Below, piece after piece: positions 1-12,700 of a DNA stretch of 64,000 nt (positions are counted from its first letter, which is position 1; every line of letters starts with the position of its first letter). Under the pieces are notes generated by a model. The model was not told where the DNA came from, searched no databases, and saw only the letters and a list, made by a program, of their open reading frames with translations. Source of the stretch: Balanoglossus misakiensis. Lineage: Eukaryota > Animalia > Hemichordata. The position numbers and the translations under genes are program-made. The stretch covers positions 3,658,001 through 3,722,000 of the forward strand of contig CM082590.2 of the NCBI GenBank assembly GCA_040954595.2, given 5' to 3'.

Positions 1-574
1 TCTACCATTGGGCCATACTTGGATTATTTTATATTATTTCAAGTACAGCAAACCCTAGCCAATCCGGTAAAATAAGTGTAACCAGAATACATTGTCAATT
101 CTCTTTCATTGAGAACCACATGTTACAGGAATATCTATAAACCTGGAACCTCTGCAAACAGACCATTATCTTCCACCCCTTTGGTATCCACTAAAGACTG
201 GAATTTTACTGGAATTTATAACTGCTGCAAGATAGTAAACCAATGTGCCTTTAACATACAGTTTTCATTCACAATTGTTCCACAGCTAAATATATGACCA
301 CTGTCCGTGTGACATTTCACAGGCCGGCTTTGTTATTGAGAAGACAGTCATGGTTGGAGAGTGGTTTGGTGTATTGGCTTCATTGTCTCTGCGGGGCTAA
401 TTACTGTATGTGTGTTGGGAACGTTTCACTTGCACACACCAATTCCGTTACTCAGTTAAATTCGTAGACATTGCAACAATTTTCATGGAAATACTGCCAT
501 CCTTTGCAATACAAACCAGAAATTGTTATACTGACGTCGCAGCGGTCTGCTTCTGAGATGTTGATGTCATCATC

Positions 575-1822
575 TTAGGACGTTAGATGTAGATGAGCCA
601 TGTCACCTTCAACACCATGAAGATCAGCTGACGCCCCAAGTTTTCGGAACATCTCATGTATTTCTTCTCTGGCAGCGTAGACATCACAACTTCTATGCTC
701 AAGAATTTTAACCAGGTTGGAAAAATTGCTCTTACAGAATTTGTTATCTGTAGTTGACTGTTGGCCTGCACGTTGTTGTCCTCCACAGCCCTTGGACCAA
801 ACAGATAAAGCATGTTGTGTGGGGGATTGAATCGATGCACTGTGTTGCCATGAAGCCACCTCCATGTGAGGGATCCCCATCAAGTCTGCCATAGCCCTGT
901 AGTCATTGCCGGGGAAACGGATGATATCCATGATATTAGAAAATATCTTGAGGGCATCCTTCAGCATCCACTTGACATCACTTTCATATCCATATTTACG
1001 GAGGAATGTGGTATCATATCCAGCACAGAGCAAGTCAGTGACAGCTTCTTCTTGACCTGTTTGCTCATCATACACTCCACTTCCATTCTGCTCAGCTTCT
1101 GTGATTTTCTGCATTGGGTAGAATCTTACATTCTCTGGGTTGCTGTGAATTCGCAGCGAGTGGGCGCTGAGAATATGGGTGTCGACCTCGATACCCGGAC
1201 AGCAGATCTCTATGACGTCATAGATATCATTGGTCACCATTTCCAGTAACTGGTAACATGCCCCTATGTCTTCTCCCTTTCCTGCTCTGACACAGGTGTG
1301 GATTGCCGTCCATCCATCTATCATGTACACCAATCCTTCTACGATGCGGCAGACTTTGATACCATTCTTCCATATTCCACTGGGAGGGTAACCCATTTCC
1401 TCAAAGTGACGGTAGAGCCTGGTCTGTAGGCGTGGAAACAAACCTGGTGTGAAGCTGTCTGTTTCATCATGGCATTCGATTCTTCTACCAAAATAGTGAT
1501 GCTTAGTGGGATCTGATTCCCATTGATTTGCTGGCATTTTATCTTCCAAGAGTCCAGGGATGATGTAAGATTTTGGATTGGACTCATCTTCATGGAGAAG
1601 CTCAAAATGCTTGAGAAGAGCCATGACTAAGTTGGTATCACCGTAACCACTGAATACTCGAGCAATTTCTTTCTCGTGATAGAACTTCTGATTTTTCGGC
1701 AGTTTGTCGCTGTATTGAACGAAGATATCAGTTGCCATCAGTCGACCCAAGATTTCTGAACACAACCATTGACCATCGAGAACAATGATATCATCACCAA
1801 GTGGATTCTTGACAAAGATAAT
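575..1822 (-). CDS. Terminal exon 13: COR domain and C-terminal death domain
   Basis: Long ORF of the track entered at acceptor ttgcag|ATT (IIFVKNPL...); stop at 575. Confidence 0.9.
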   Translation of the reverse strand: MIFVKNPLGDDIIVLDGQWLCSEILGRLMATDIFVQYSDKLPKNQKFYHEKEIARVFSGYGDTNLVMALLKHFELLHEDESNPKSYIIPGLLEDKMPANQWESDPTKHHYFGRRIECHDETDSFTPGLFPRLQTRLYRHFEEMGYPPSGIWKNGIKVCRIVEGLVYMIDGWTAIHTCVRAGKGEDIGACYQLLEMVTNDIYDVIEICCPGIEVDTHILSAHSLRIHSNPENVRFYPMQKITEAEQNGSGVYDEQTGQEEAVTDLLCAGYDTTFLRKYGYESDVKWMLKDALKIFSNIMDIIRFPGNDYRAMADLMGIPHMEVASWQHSASIQSPTQHALSVWSKGCGGQQRAGQQSTTDNKFCKSNFSNLVKILEHRSCDVYAAREEIHEMFRKLGASADLHGVEGDMAHLHLTS

Positions 1823-3707
1823 CTGCAACAAACAAGAAGACAATGAAATAAACTTTGGATGTTAACAAAAGTGAAAGTTGAAAGGACAGGTAGATGGATG
1901 GGTGGATGTATGTATGTATGCATTCATGCATTCTCATATGTATGTATGTATGTATGTACGTACGTATGTATGTATGTATGTATGTATGTATGTATGTATG
2001 TATGTATGTGTGTATGTATGTATGTGTGTATGTATGTATGTGTGTATGTATGTATGTGTACATGTATGTATGTATGTATGTATGTATGTATGTATGTATG
2101 TATGTATGTATGTATGGGATGGGTCAAATGGATGGACGGATTGAGTGATTCATTGATATGTGACTGTCTGGCTGGATGTTTGCAATAAATATGTGAGGTG
2201 TAATGACAGACACTGATTGGGTGGCCGGATTGGTGGATGAACTATTTGCTGTATATCTTCATTTACCTCGCCAATGCTATCCAGGTAAGATGTAGCTGTT
2301 CTCAGAAAGGGCTCTTCAACCAATGGATCAATTCCCTTTACTTTTTCCACATACGTCTTCCAGTACAGGACAGGGAATTTAAGAAGCTCGTTACGCCATA
2401 TTCGCTTCTTGTCGACAATTTCTGCACATAACCTTGGTATTTTTTCTTTCTTCTGTAATGCAATGAAGGAATGGAAAATTTTGATGAATAGCCATATTTT
2501 TAAATCATAGATTCAATGAACTCAGCCATGGAAAATGGGACCAAAGACCATTCCCAAAATGTCACATGCAATATAGTAGTATATATTGCTGTCAACATCT
2601 GGAAACTTTCAGTAATCATACCTGTGTTGATAAGTGTGTATAGCAACCATCACCAACACCAAGAAAATGCCCTTAGTATTTCGTGCATTTATATATTATG
2701 TTACTACATAACTTGGTTCACTGAGTGAACATGTGGTAAACAGATAGGGGATGAAAGTATGAAGAAATATTTACAGGAAAAACTGCATACAGATGAAGAT
2801 TTGATTGGAGTGATTAATCTAACCTGGCCAATTGTTGTGAGAAATGTTAGAATGATATCTCCCATTGAAATAATTGTTTCTGCTGTAGTGTTTTTATCAT
2901 TTTTGATTTGACAGATATTAAAATCAATATGATATAAAATAGTTATGCATTTATGTTAAACTCACCTTGAACCCACGTAAGATCACACGTAGTCTGCCCA
3001 TTGCTTCACTTTGAGAATCATGACAATTTACCAAAACTGTCTCATCCACGATATTCAAATAATCGCCAAATTTCTTCTTCAACTCTTTGCGTACCTCTTC
3101 TACAACCCATTTGGCTGTATTAGAAAACATAAAATAAAAAAATGGGTTATGGTAATTAAGGATGTGCGTGCAAAACGTAAACTGGTAGACTGCGTGAACT
3201 TATGGGCATGTCACTAGTCCTATAAAATAGAAAAAAAATTGGTATCGGTATTTAACTAGTATTCAAAGAAGGCACCTTCTGACTAAAAGATTGTAATTAA
3301 TTATGTCAAATCTTTTTGTTAAAAAACATTATCGTGCATCACCTTACAATGTTTCGATAATTATATACCCCAACCCATCAAAACTCATGTGTATGTAGAA
3401 ACAGATAGGTCTGCTGGTCTAAATCAATATTGGTTTCCATTACATTCTAGATTGTGTGTGTGCATGTACCACTGTGTTTAACAGTATATGCATGTTGTAA
3501 CTGCACTCAAACAAATTGACTCACCACTCTCTTGTTGAGATTCACCCAACATATCAGCTCTACTTGCGATCAATATCACAGTTGGTTTGGTGTCTTCACT
3601 CCGAGACGAAGCATCATCACTCTTTGGTATGCTGCTTATCATGCCTTTGAAGAACTGGGCCCATATGTTGGTCTGAAAATTATCACACTGATTTAATTTC
3701 CCAATTA

Positions 3708-3744
<37 letters not shown>

Positions 3745-6700
3745 TATTAATCAATAATTTAATCAATCAATCAATTAATGTTTTGTGTAAATGTAACACA
3801 AGTATTTATTTATTAGGCATTCTCAAATGACTAGTTCCATATTTGGACATACATGTAGTTGGTTAAATTGGACATACTTTACAGTTTCTATTTCGTTCCG
3901 GTGTTTGTTTGTGTGTGTGTGTGTGTGTGTGTGAAGGGTCATGTCTCACCTCTTTCAATGCTTGTTCCAACATCTCTATAGGCTTCTTCAAATGTTTAGG
4001 GTCATCATTCACCATTTCTGTTATTTTAAACAGAAGCATAAACACAGCATCTTCTGCTCTCAGGAACATGTTGTGTGTCACGTAGTACTCACACTGTCCA
4101 GCAAAATCCATGACAATGTATTCTCCAACCTTTGGTATGTCGACAGTTTTGACATCAATACCTGGTGTTGGTGTGTATCCAGTCTTGTCTGGTGGAGGGG
4201 CTTTTTCTGCAGCTCGTCGAGTCACATTCGCTTTCCAGAAGCCCTGTATGAAAGCAGTATACACGAAATTGCAGTAAGCATCCATGTTGACAGTTGCACT
4301 GATGGGCGAGTAACACTATCATTTAAGCAAACTATTTCACCTGGACATCATGATAATGTTTGATAGATTTTAATAACAATAGTTTGGTGAACTGTTTATG
4401 TATGCTGTATATTACAATATTCAGAATAAGTGAATAAATGAATAATTTAATAGTATCATTGCAATAGATATATAACGAACTTGAAACATCGATGAAACAT
4501 TAGACGTGGAAAACAGTGTGACCATACCATGTTTTACATAGATATTAGTATAGATATGAAAATCATTGTTACCCGTTGCAAAGATTTCACAAGGGTTGTC
4601 TTTCCAACACCACCAAATCCACAGACATGAACTCTGCTACTATTTCGGGTGATGCCTGGTTCTCTCATCAAAACAGTGAATAATTCCCTCTTCCTCGGTT
4701 CGTCCTGATGTTAACAAAAAGAACAACGTTAACAGCAGTCAACAGCATTCTCAGAAGACTTGCCAAATATTGTCAAAATGGAATGTGATAGCAACACTAC
4801 ACTGCATTAATGACACATTTTGGCTACGACAGCCTCGTATTTAGTGCACTTAAATGGACAAAATCTCTCTCACTGCCCCTTTTCCATTAATTATGTTTAA
4901 TACAAGACACTGTTTAGGTTAATGTACATGTGGATATATAGTGAATCAACGTTCAACCACACATGACTTCCATCCCGCTTGTAAAAAAAGAGCGCGAAAA
5001 AACTCGCCAACATTAATAATTGGTCTCTACAGTTTATTCATTTTGGGCGAGGTTTTACTCTCATATCCTACAAACAGGACGGAAGTTGTGTGTGGTCGAA
5101 CGTTGATTAAAAATGTATCCACTTGTACAATAACATAAACGCTGGCTTGTATCAAATATAATTAATGGAAAATGGCAGTGAGAGAGAGACTTTGTCCCTT
5201 TAACATTTTATATTTCAAATATAAAGTGATAATATATTTCAAAGAACCAAGTAGAGTGATAAGTCTGGTGTGTTATGCATATGTCAAAATACAGCGATTA
5301 TGAATTGTGGATGAAACACTGAATAAGAATGATGATACATGTAAGTATCATTTATTGGTAAAAGAAAGATGAAAGTAACAATAGTATTGTCAGTATTGTC
5401 AACAAGTGCACAAGTTCCTGTTAAAATCACCAAAGTAAGGAGTACAATATTTTAGACCAACCAATTAATGTAAATTAAACGAACATATAGCCACAGCCAT
5501 GGTTTCACTTTGAAATTTAAATTAGAGTGTACAAAGAGGTAAAAACTAATCTCCACTCTCCAAATTGTTCTTTTGGTTTTTGTTCTGGAAATGAATTACT
5601 CTGTCTCATTGATGTTTGTATTACAAGTAATTAGTGTTCCTTTTGAATATGACAGTTACTTGTAGTTATGGGAAATATTACCTTCAGCAGGGATTTGAAT
5701 CTTCTGTCGTATGCAAAATCCAGAGGTGTCTTTCCGCCCTGTAACGTGGAAAAAGGATTTTTAAAACCAATTGCTATGATTTGGTAACAACTGCTTCATC
5801 ACGTTTTATGCACAAATGAATCTTCACAAATCTACTATTTGCAAAACATGTCTCTGGTTGGAATTTATTTTAGTATCAGAATGTGACAGTTCAATTTTCA
5901 TGTTTTTTTTAGTGTTAAACCTTAAAGGGGATTTCTCGTGACACTGAGATTGTGCGCGAGGGTGTCTCCCTTGATTAACACATTTCCCAGAATGCCTCAC
6001 TAATCTCTGCAAAAGAAAAAAAATTGCGGCTATGGATAATTGTTAAGCGAGTTTCACTGACAGTACAGTTTCAACTACTAGTATAATGGTGACAGTACAT
6101 GTTTTGTGCGAGAGAGGATGGTGTCAGAAGGAATGAAATGAGACGACATTACGAACGTGATAGTTCGACTTGGCGAGCAAACATGATAGTACAAGTATCA
6201 TATCATCAGTAGGAATGCCGCATTCGAGCCGTTAGGATCCCTAATCCAAGTCGCACCCACAATGCACTGCTGTTAAAGTGGGGCGGCATAACAAAAAATT
6301 TCATATTGATTGTGCATTTTGTGATAAAAGCTCAGATGGGTGTTTATGTGTAATTAACTCCATCGGCCATGTAACGCCGGGAACACACAGACTTGTACGC
6401 AGGGCTAGGAACACACATTGCCATACGCACAGACACATACGACACAACCCAACACAGAACTCAGCATGAATATAACAAAGCAATTGCTCCATCGAGACCA
6501 TGACCGTACTTACATGTAGACTCATTTGAATGTCAATTTCGCCTTGGTTTTATGGCCGCCAAGCTGAAAGTTTTTGTTTCAGGGTTTTGACAAATATCTT
6601 TGGAGTAGGCAAGTGACAGGCAAACATCAGGAATCAAATTATGTCTCATGACACGCGGCGACGGTGTGATTTTCAATATTACCTATACAGTCATAAATTG

Positions 6701-9700
6701 CGACAACATGTGGTGGGAAGGTATTTAAAATAAAATTGGGCGTGACTACGGCAACACGTGGCAAAGGCAAGCCAAATTCTGAGAGGAACATTGCGATCGT
6801 ACTGCTTCCCAACAGCCAGCAATCTGGACTTATCAACTGAAGACATAGCTGTAGAAACGCAGCTGTTCCGCCGGGGGGAGGGGAGAGATGCGGGGAATTA
6901 GTATATCCCCCCTTGGTGGAACAGCTGCATTTCCACACTCCATAACTCCGATTTTCAGAAATTTAATTCCACTTTCCTCGGAAAATTCGGAACGTGTTTT
7001 GCTTTCCAAAAATCTACGCTGGACGCTCATTTGTGTATTACGCCCTTTACGGTAATAAAAAACTTTACCCGGAAACGCCTACACTAGATGATTTCATGTC
7101 TTCGTACAAACACAGAGAAATAAACTGTCAGGTTTAATCCCCCTGAAATTTTTCCTTGCCTCAATGCAAAGTACAGAATAATTTTTCAAGACATCGACCG
7201 ACCGCGTTATGGCAAGTGTCCACGGCTGTTAAGCCAACATCGCGAAACATATTATAGGCTTATATTGAGCATTTGTGAACAGAGAAACAGTTAGGCGTAG
7301 GTCACACTATATAGGGCTCACTCGATATACTCGTGTCAACAATGGCGCGATTCAAGAGCCTGTACCACCTGTTGCAGTCATCACCTCAACAAGCTGACTG
7401 ACTAAATACTTGGAATCGGACAACAGTGTGATAACATTTATCAGCGGAATCTAACCGACGTGCCAAGCGCAATGCAATGCGGGGCCGGGTTAACGCAGAT
7501 TTGAGTCTTTGCAAGGCTGGCTTCTCTAGCTTGAGTGGTCGTTGCGTCGAGCGCTCTGCATGGATGATACACGTCCTCCTATACCAGCGTGCTGTTATCA
7601 GTAAGAGGGGTTCTCGTTTATTGGTCCTATTATTACGATACACACTAATATTTACATATAAATCTGCTGATCTTGATCTCACATTCAACAAAACAAACAC
7701 ATTAATTTCTCTTTTTAAATCATGACAAACTGTGCTTTTAAAGAAAAAAACATTGAAATATTTTTTTTAAAAATCCATAATTACCAAGACAGGCTGTCAT
7801 AGGTAATATTATGTTGTAACGGCTGCGTTGTTGGGAATAAGGCAGAGGGATATACGTTAATTATTTATTTTTATTTACCTATGTTCAAAAATGTGTGTCA
7901 TTGATAATAAAACATGCCAACTGATGTGTGAGTGTAGAATAGAATTAGTGTGATTACAGTAACTTACATTATCCTTCACATCGACGCTGGCATTAGATTG
8001 CAGTAGAAGTTTCATCACGCCACCATGGCCACTGCCTGCTGCAAAGTGTAATGGTGCCCGACCAATCTATGGGAATACAACAAAAAGGTGTCACTGAAAA
8101 TCCCTGACTATAAGTGTATAATGGAACAAGCAGTGTGAGACACATTCTGAACATTCATTTGTAAGATGGCACAACATGTTTTGCCGAAACTTTGATGTTG
8201 TTGTTGTTGTTGTTGTTGTTGTTTTTTAGGGGGATAAATTAATAGTAGGATACATCCCAGTCCCCCACGCAATGGACATAAATACATGATGTGGTGATAG
8301 GGCTCTGTCCTTTGAGGGTACATTAACATTAAAGGTATTCTTTTACTTGAGATTTATGATACGCCCGTGTGTTGCTTTCATTTGAAGATGCCCTCAGTAC
8401 AATACCCTCAAACTGATAATGATCTAAATATTATAAAAGCCTAGACAGCAGTTTCATTACCCCTTAAGAGTATTGGAATTAGCCAATCAAAGAACGCCAA
8501 TTATGAATGAAAGGTAAGAAATATGCAGAACCACTATTGACATTCAAATGATTATGGTGGACTTCAGCCAGACAACTTTTTTTTAGTCTCGCCAGCCAGA
8601 TCTCTCTCTCTCTGTGTCATTCGACGGCATAGCCACACGAAGTGCGCCACGAGCGGTGAAGCCACAAGAATCGAGCATCGGAGACAGCGACACCACTTGT
8701 GGCGCCCTTCGTGTGCCTGGCCTCGACGTCGACGGATAGCGAGGTTTGGCCAGTGAGAATGACGTTTCTTTAGTCAGTTCCATAAAGGTAACTGCATGAT
8801 GACGGTTTATGAAAGAATCCCACTTTGTAGATTTTCGGTTGAAAAGTCATCCCAAGTTTGTTTATTTTTCCGTTGAAAAATGACCCGTCTGGGTGGCACA
8901 TACCCGTACACCTTCCTATGGGAGTACCCCCCCCCCCCGGCCTGTTGTGCAGGATACATGGCACCCCTACAATTTACAATTATTTATTTTCGGAGTTTCA
9001 TTTCGCTTCGCCGTTGTTACTGACAGCTATTACACTACAGTTTGTTTAAATATAACATAAATGTGTCATCGTGCATGTAGCAATAGTTCATGGTTAGGTC
9101 TCTAACTTTCCGGTCAAAAAGTTAACTATTGCTAGATTATTTATAGAAAAATCTAATTACGAATTTCAATATGAACACCCTGATCCCAACCTGTCGAATT
9201 ACTCGACGTTTTAATAAAATATTGCTTTATAGTGGTATGATATTCAAAAGTGAATTTGTTGGTCTCAAAAGAGATAAGAATTTTACTTGGCCGCAGGTAT
9301 AGCCACGGTCCAAAAACTCTCCCTCAAACTCTTTCATACTCTTCATAATCCTGTTATGTGTGTTGGTTTATAGCAGTAACACTAGTTTCGTGATTGACAT
9401 CCCGAAGGTCGTCATCACTACAAAATATAAGTACAGTGTCACCTTTTTGGCCGTTCGGGCTATTGGTGAGTGAGCATGTAAAGCCACTTACCCTATTCTT
9501 AGCATTGACGTCAGCTCCGTGGTCAATCAACACTTGTGCCACTTTCAGTTGATTTGCTTCGGCCGCTACATGCAATGCTGTGTATCCACCCTGAAATTGA
9601 CAAATTCATTTGAATTACAACAAGCTATGTTCCAATGTTTGACTTGTAAGGTGACATGGCTATAATTTCACTGGAATCGATTTGTAACTGTAAGTGTTGA

Positions 9701-12700
9701 CTGATATTATGAGTTAAACGTGTATAGCATCTATAGTTGTTTCAGACCAAAACTCTATTGTTTCAGAGAACATTTATAACCTGTCCTGTAGATATTTCTA
9801 ACAAGTGTAATACTATAAAATTCTAATATAATGTAGCGCACTATACATGTTTATGCACACTCATAGGTGCAACAGGTCTTAATATCATTTCATAAATTAC
9901 ATTGATATGTTCAAATTTTCAATCACACCAAATACTCTAACAGATAAACATGGCGGACGTGATACACCCGACACACACAATCCCCTGTTTCTCTGTTGAT
10001 GTAAGTTAATATTTAGGTATAGCCTGCTATGAACCCAACGTTGGTACGTACGGTACATCAATGTTATAATTATTTAATGTTGCTAGACAACATCAGAAAA
10101 AGAACTGTCTAAACCAGTCTGGACATTTCTCTCAAATTTGTCTTTTTTTAAAGCGTTTGTAGTATCCATTGAATGGAACTGAAATCACATATGTCTGGTT
10201 CACTGAATTTAACAAAAAACATAAAAGGAAAATTGTGGTCGTGCAAATTAGTGTGAAAGTGGAGATCACTAAACAAATTGAATTCGCCCTTCTAATAAAC
10301 ATAAGAACTTTGTTTGTTGAATTTATGTGACCAATCTGATTAAAATCAGACGTAGAGTTAGGCGTTGTCTTTACCTATGGTGATCATTTTGGCTGTTCTG
10401 TTCTCTGGCTTGGCGTTTCTCGGGTGGACGGCCCCTATCCGAACAAAAAAGCCAATAATCAGCCATAGTAAAGACACCGCCTAATTCTACATCCGATTTA
10501 ATCAGATAGTTATGTGCCAATCTGAAACGGTCTCTAAGCTCACAATGGCACATAATGCATGGGGCACATGCAATCACTAGTTTCCTTCACAAATAAAGAT
10601 ATCGTCCAAATGGCAACTCTCCAGCCTGCAATGACATAGATTCCACATATTCTTCGGGTGTCCGCAAATGAAACATTTCAGCCTGGCCTTGTCATGACTC
10701 TGATATTCTCCCTGTATTCCCCATAGACAAGCACTATGTCCTTACTCTGGCATTGTTCTATGTCCATTGAGGTACAGTAACATGTTCATCTCCACACATG
10801 TGTGTTTACTCAATCAAGTAATTTCTTCAGCTAAGATATCCATCGAAGAGCCAGAGCAAATAAATATTACAATCAATCAACAGCTGACCAACCTCAAAGA
10901 ATCAAATCATGCCTGAAGAATACACTTGTAATACAAACACCACAGACTAAAGAAATCCGCACTTTTCGTTTATAAGGGCAACCAACGGCTCTCTTTTCCA
11001 TGATCATATTCACCTGAATTTCGGTCAACTTACAACGCGGGATTTTCAATCTCTATGTTGTGTCGCTTTTGGGGTTTTAATTTGTTTGTAAACACTTTTA
11101 TTTTCTATGACATTTGCAAACATCGATCTGGATTTGTCAACAACCGCACCACAGACTGTTACTGATCACAATAAACGGATAATTGAACATTTCATCCAAC
11201 ACTATGTTCTTATTCGTTTTGGTTTAACATTTCTCTTTCTAACCTCAAATAGCTATAAGAGAAACAAAGGAGGAAACAAGCTTTATTGTTTGACACATGT
11301 TTTCTATTTCAAATGCATTAAGCTTGTATATGAAACAGAACTCATCACTCGGCATGAACTGAAAGCAGCAAATGCTCCAGCGAAGCCAGAGTTATGACCG
11401 TATGTACATGTAGACTCATACACATCTGAATGTCAAGGTTGCATTGGCCTTATGGCTGCCGAATGGAAAGTTTGTTTCAGGGTTTTGACAAATATCTTTG
11501 GAGTAGGCAAGTGACAGACGCGCATCAGGAAACAAATTATATCTTATGAAACGCAGGGATGGTGTGATTTTCAATATTACCTATACAGTCATAAATTGCG
11601 ACAACATGTGGTGGGAAGGTATTTAAAATAAAATTAGACATGACCACAGCAACACGGCAAAAGGCGAGCCAAATTCTGACAGGAACATTGCGATCGTTCT
11701 GTTGAACTTGTAGGGCTTCCCAACAGCCAGCAATTTGGACTTATCAACTGAAGACATAGCTGTGGAAACGCAGCTGTTCCGCCGGGAGGGGGAGAGGGGA
11801 GATGCGGGGAATTAGTATATCCCCTCTCCCCCCGGTGGAACAGCTGCATTTCCACAGCTACTGAAGATCCAACTCCGAAAAAGTTGGATTTTCAGAAATT
11901 TAATTCCACTTTCCTCGTGCAACAGAAGATTCTGAACGCGTTTTGCTTTCCAAAAATCTACGCTGGACGCCCATTTGTGTAATACGCCCTTTACGGTAAC
12001 AATAAACTTTACCCGGAAACGCCTACACTAGATGATTTCATGTCTTCGTACAAACACAGAGAAATAAACTGTAAGGTTTAATCCCCCTGAAAGTTTTCCT
12101 TGCCTCAATGCAAAGTACAGAATAATTTTTCAAGACATCGACCGACCGTGTTATGGCAAGTGTCCAGGGCTGTTTAGCCAACATCGCGAAACATATTATA
12201 GGCTTATATTGAGCATTTGTGAACAGAGAAACAGTTAGGCGTAGGTCACACTATATAGGGCTCACTCGATATACTCGTGTCAACAATGGCGCGATTCAAG
12301 AGCCTGTACCACCTGTTGCAGTCATCTCTACAACAAGCTGACTGACTAAAATACTTGGAATCGGACAACAGTGTGATAAGGTTTATCAGCGGAATCTAAG
12401 GGACCGTTCAGTTTTTACGGCAGGGGGGGGGGGGGCTGGCAAGTTTGTGTCATCGGTTCTCAAAATCAGGCTGACCCCCCCTTCACCCTGGACCAAAAAA
12501 TGATGACCCCCCCCCCTTTGACAGACCCAAAAATATGATGACCCCCCACGCCCTAAAAATTCGCCGTCCTGATCCTATGTACAATGTATGCAATAAAGGG
12601 AATGAGGCTCCTCACACCTCAATTATAAATTTCTTAAAGTATTATTGAAGTATATAATAGTATATCGTTGCAATAAAGAAATCCATGAACAAATAAAAAT

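Noticed and set aside
1823-1843. N-terminus MSSCLLQ of the 422-aa ORF
   Set aside because: It is the polypyrimidine tract and acceptor of the last intron, not a start.
1738-2188. MYVC/HTYI repeat ORFs
   Set aside because: Translation of the (TATG)n microsatellite in an intron.
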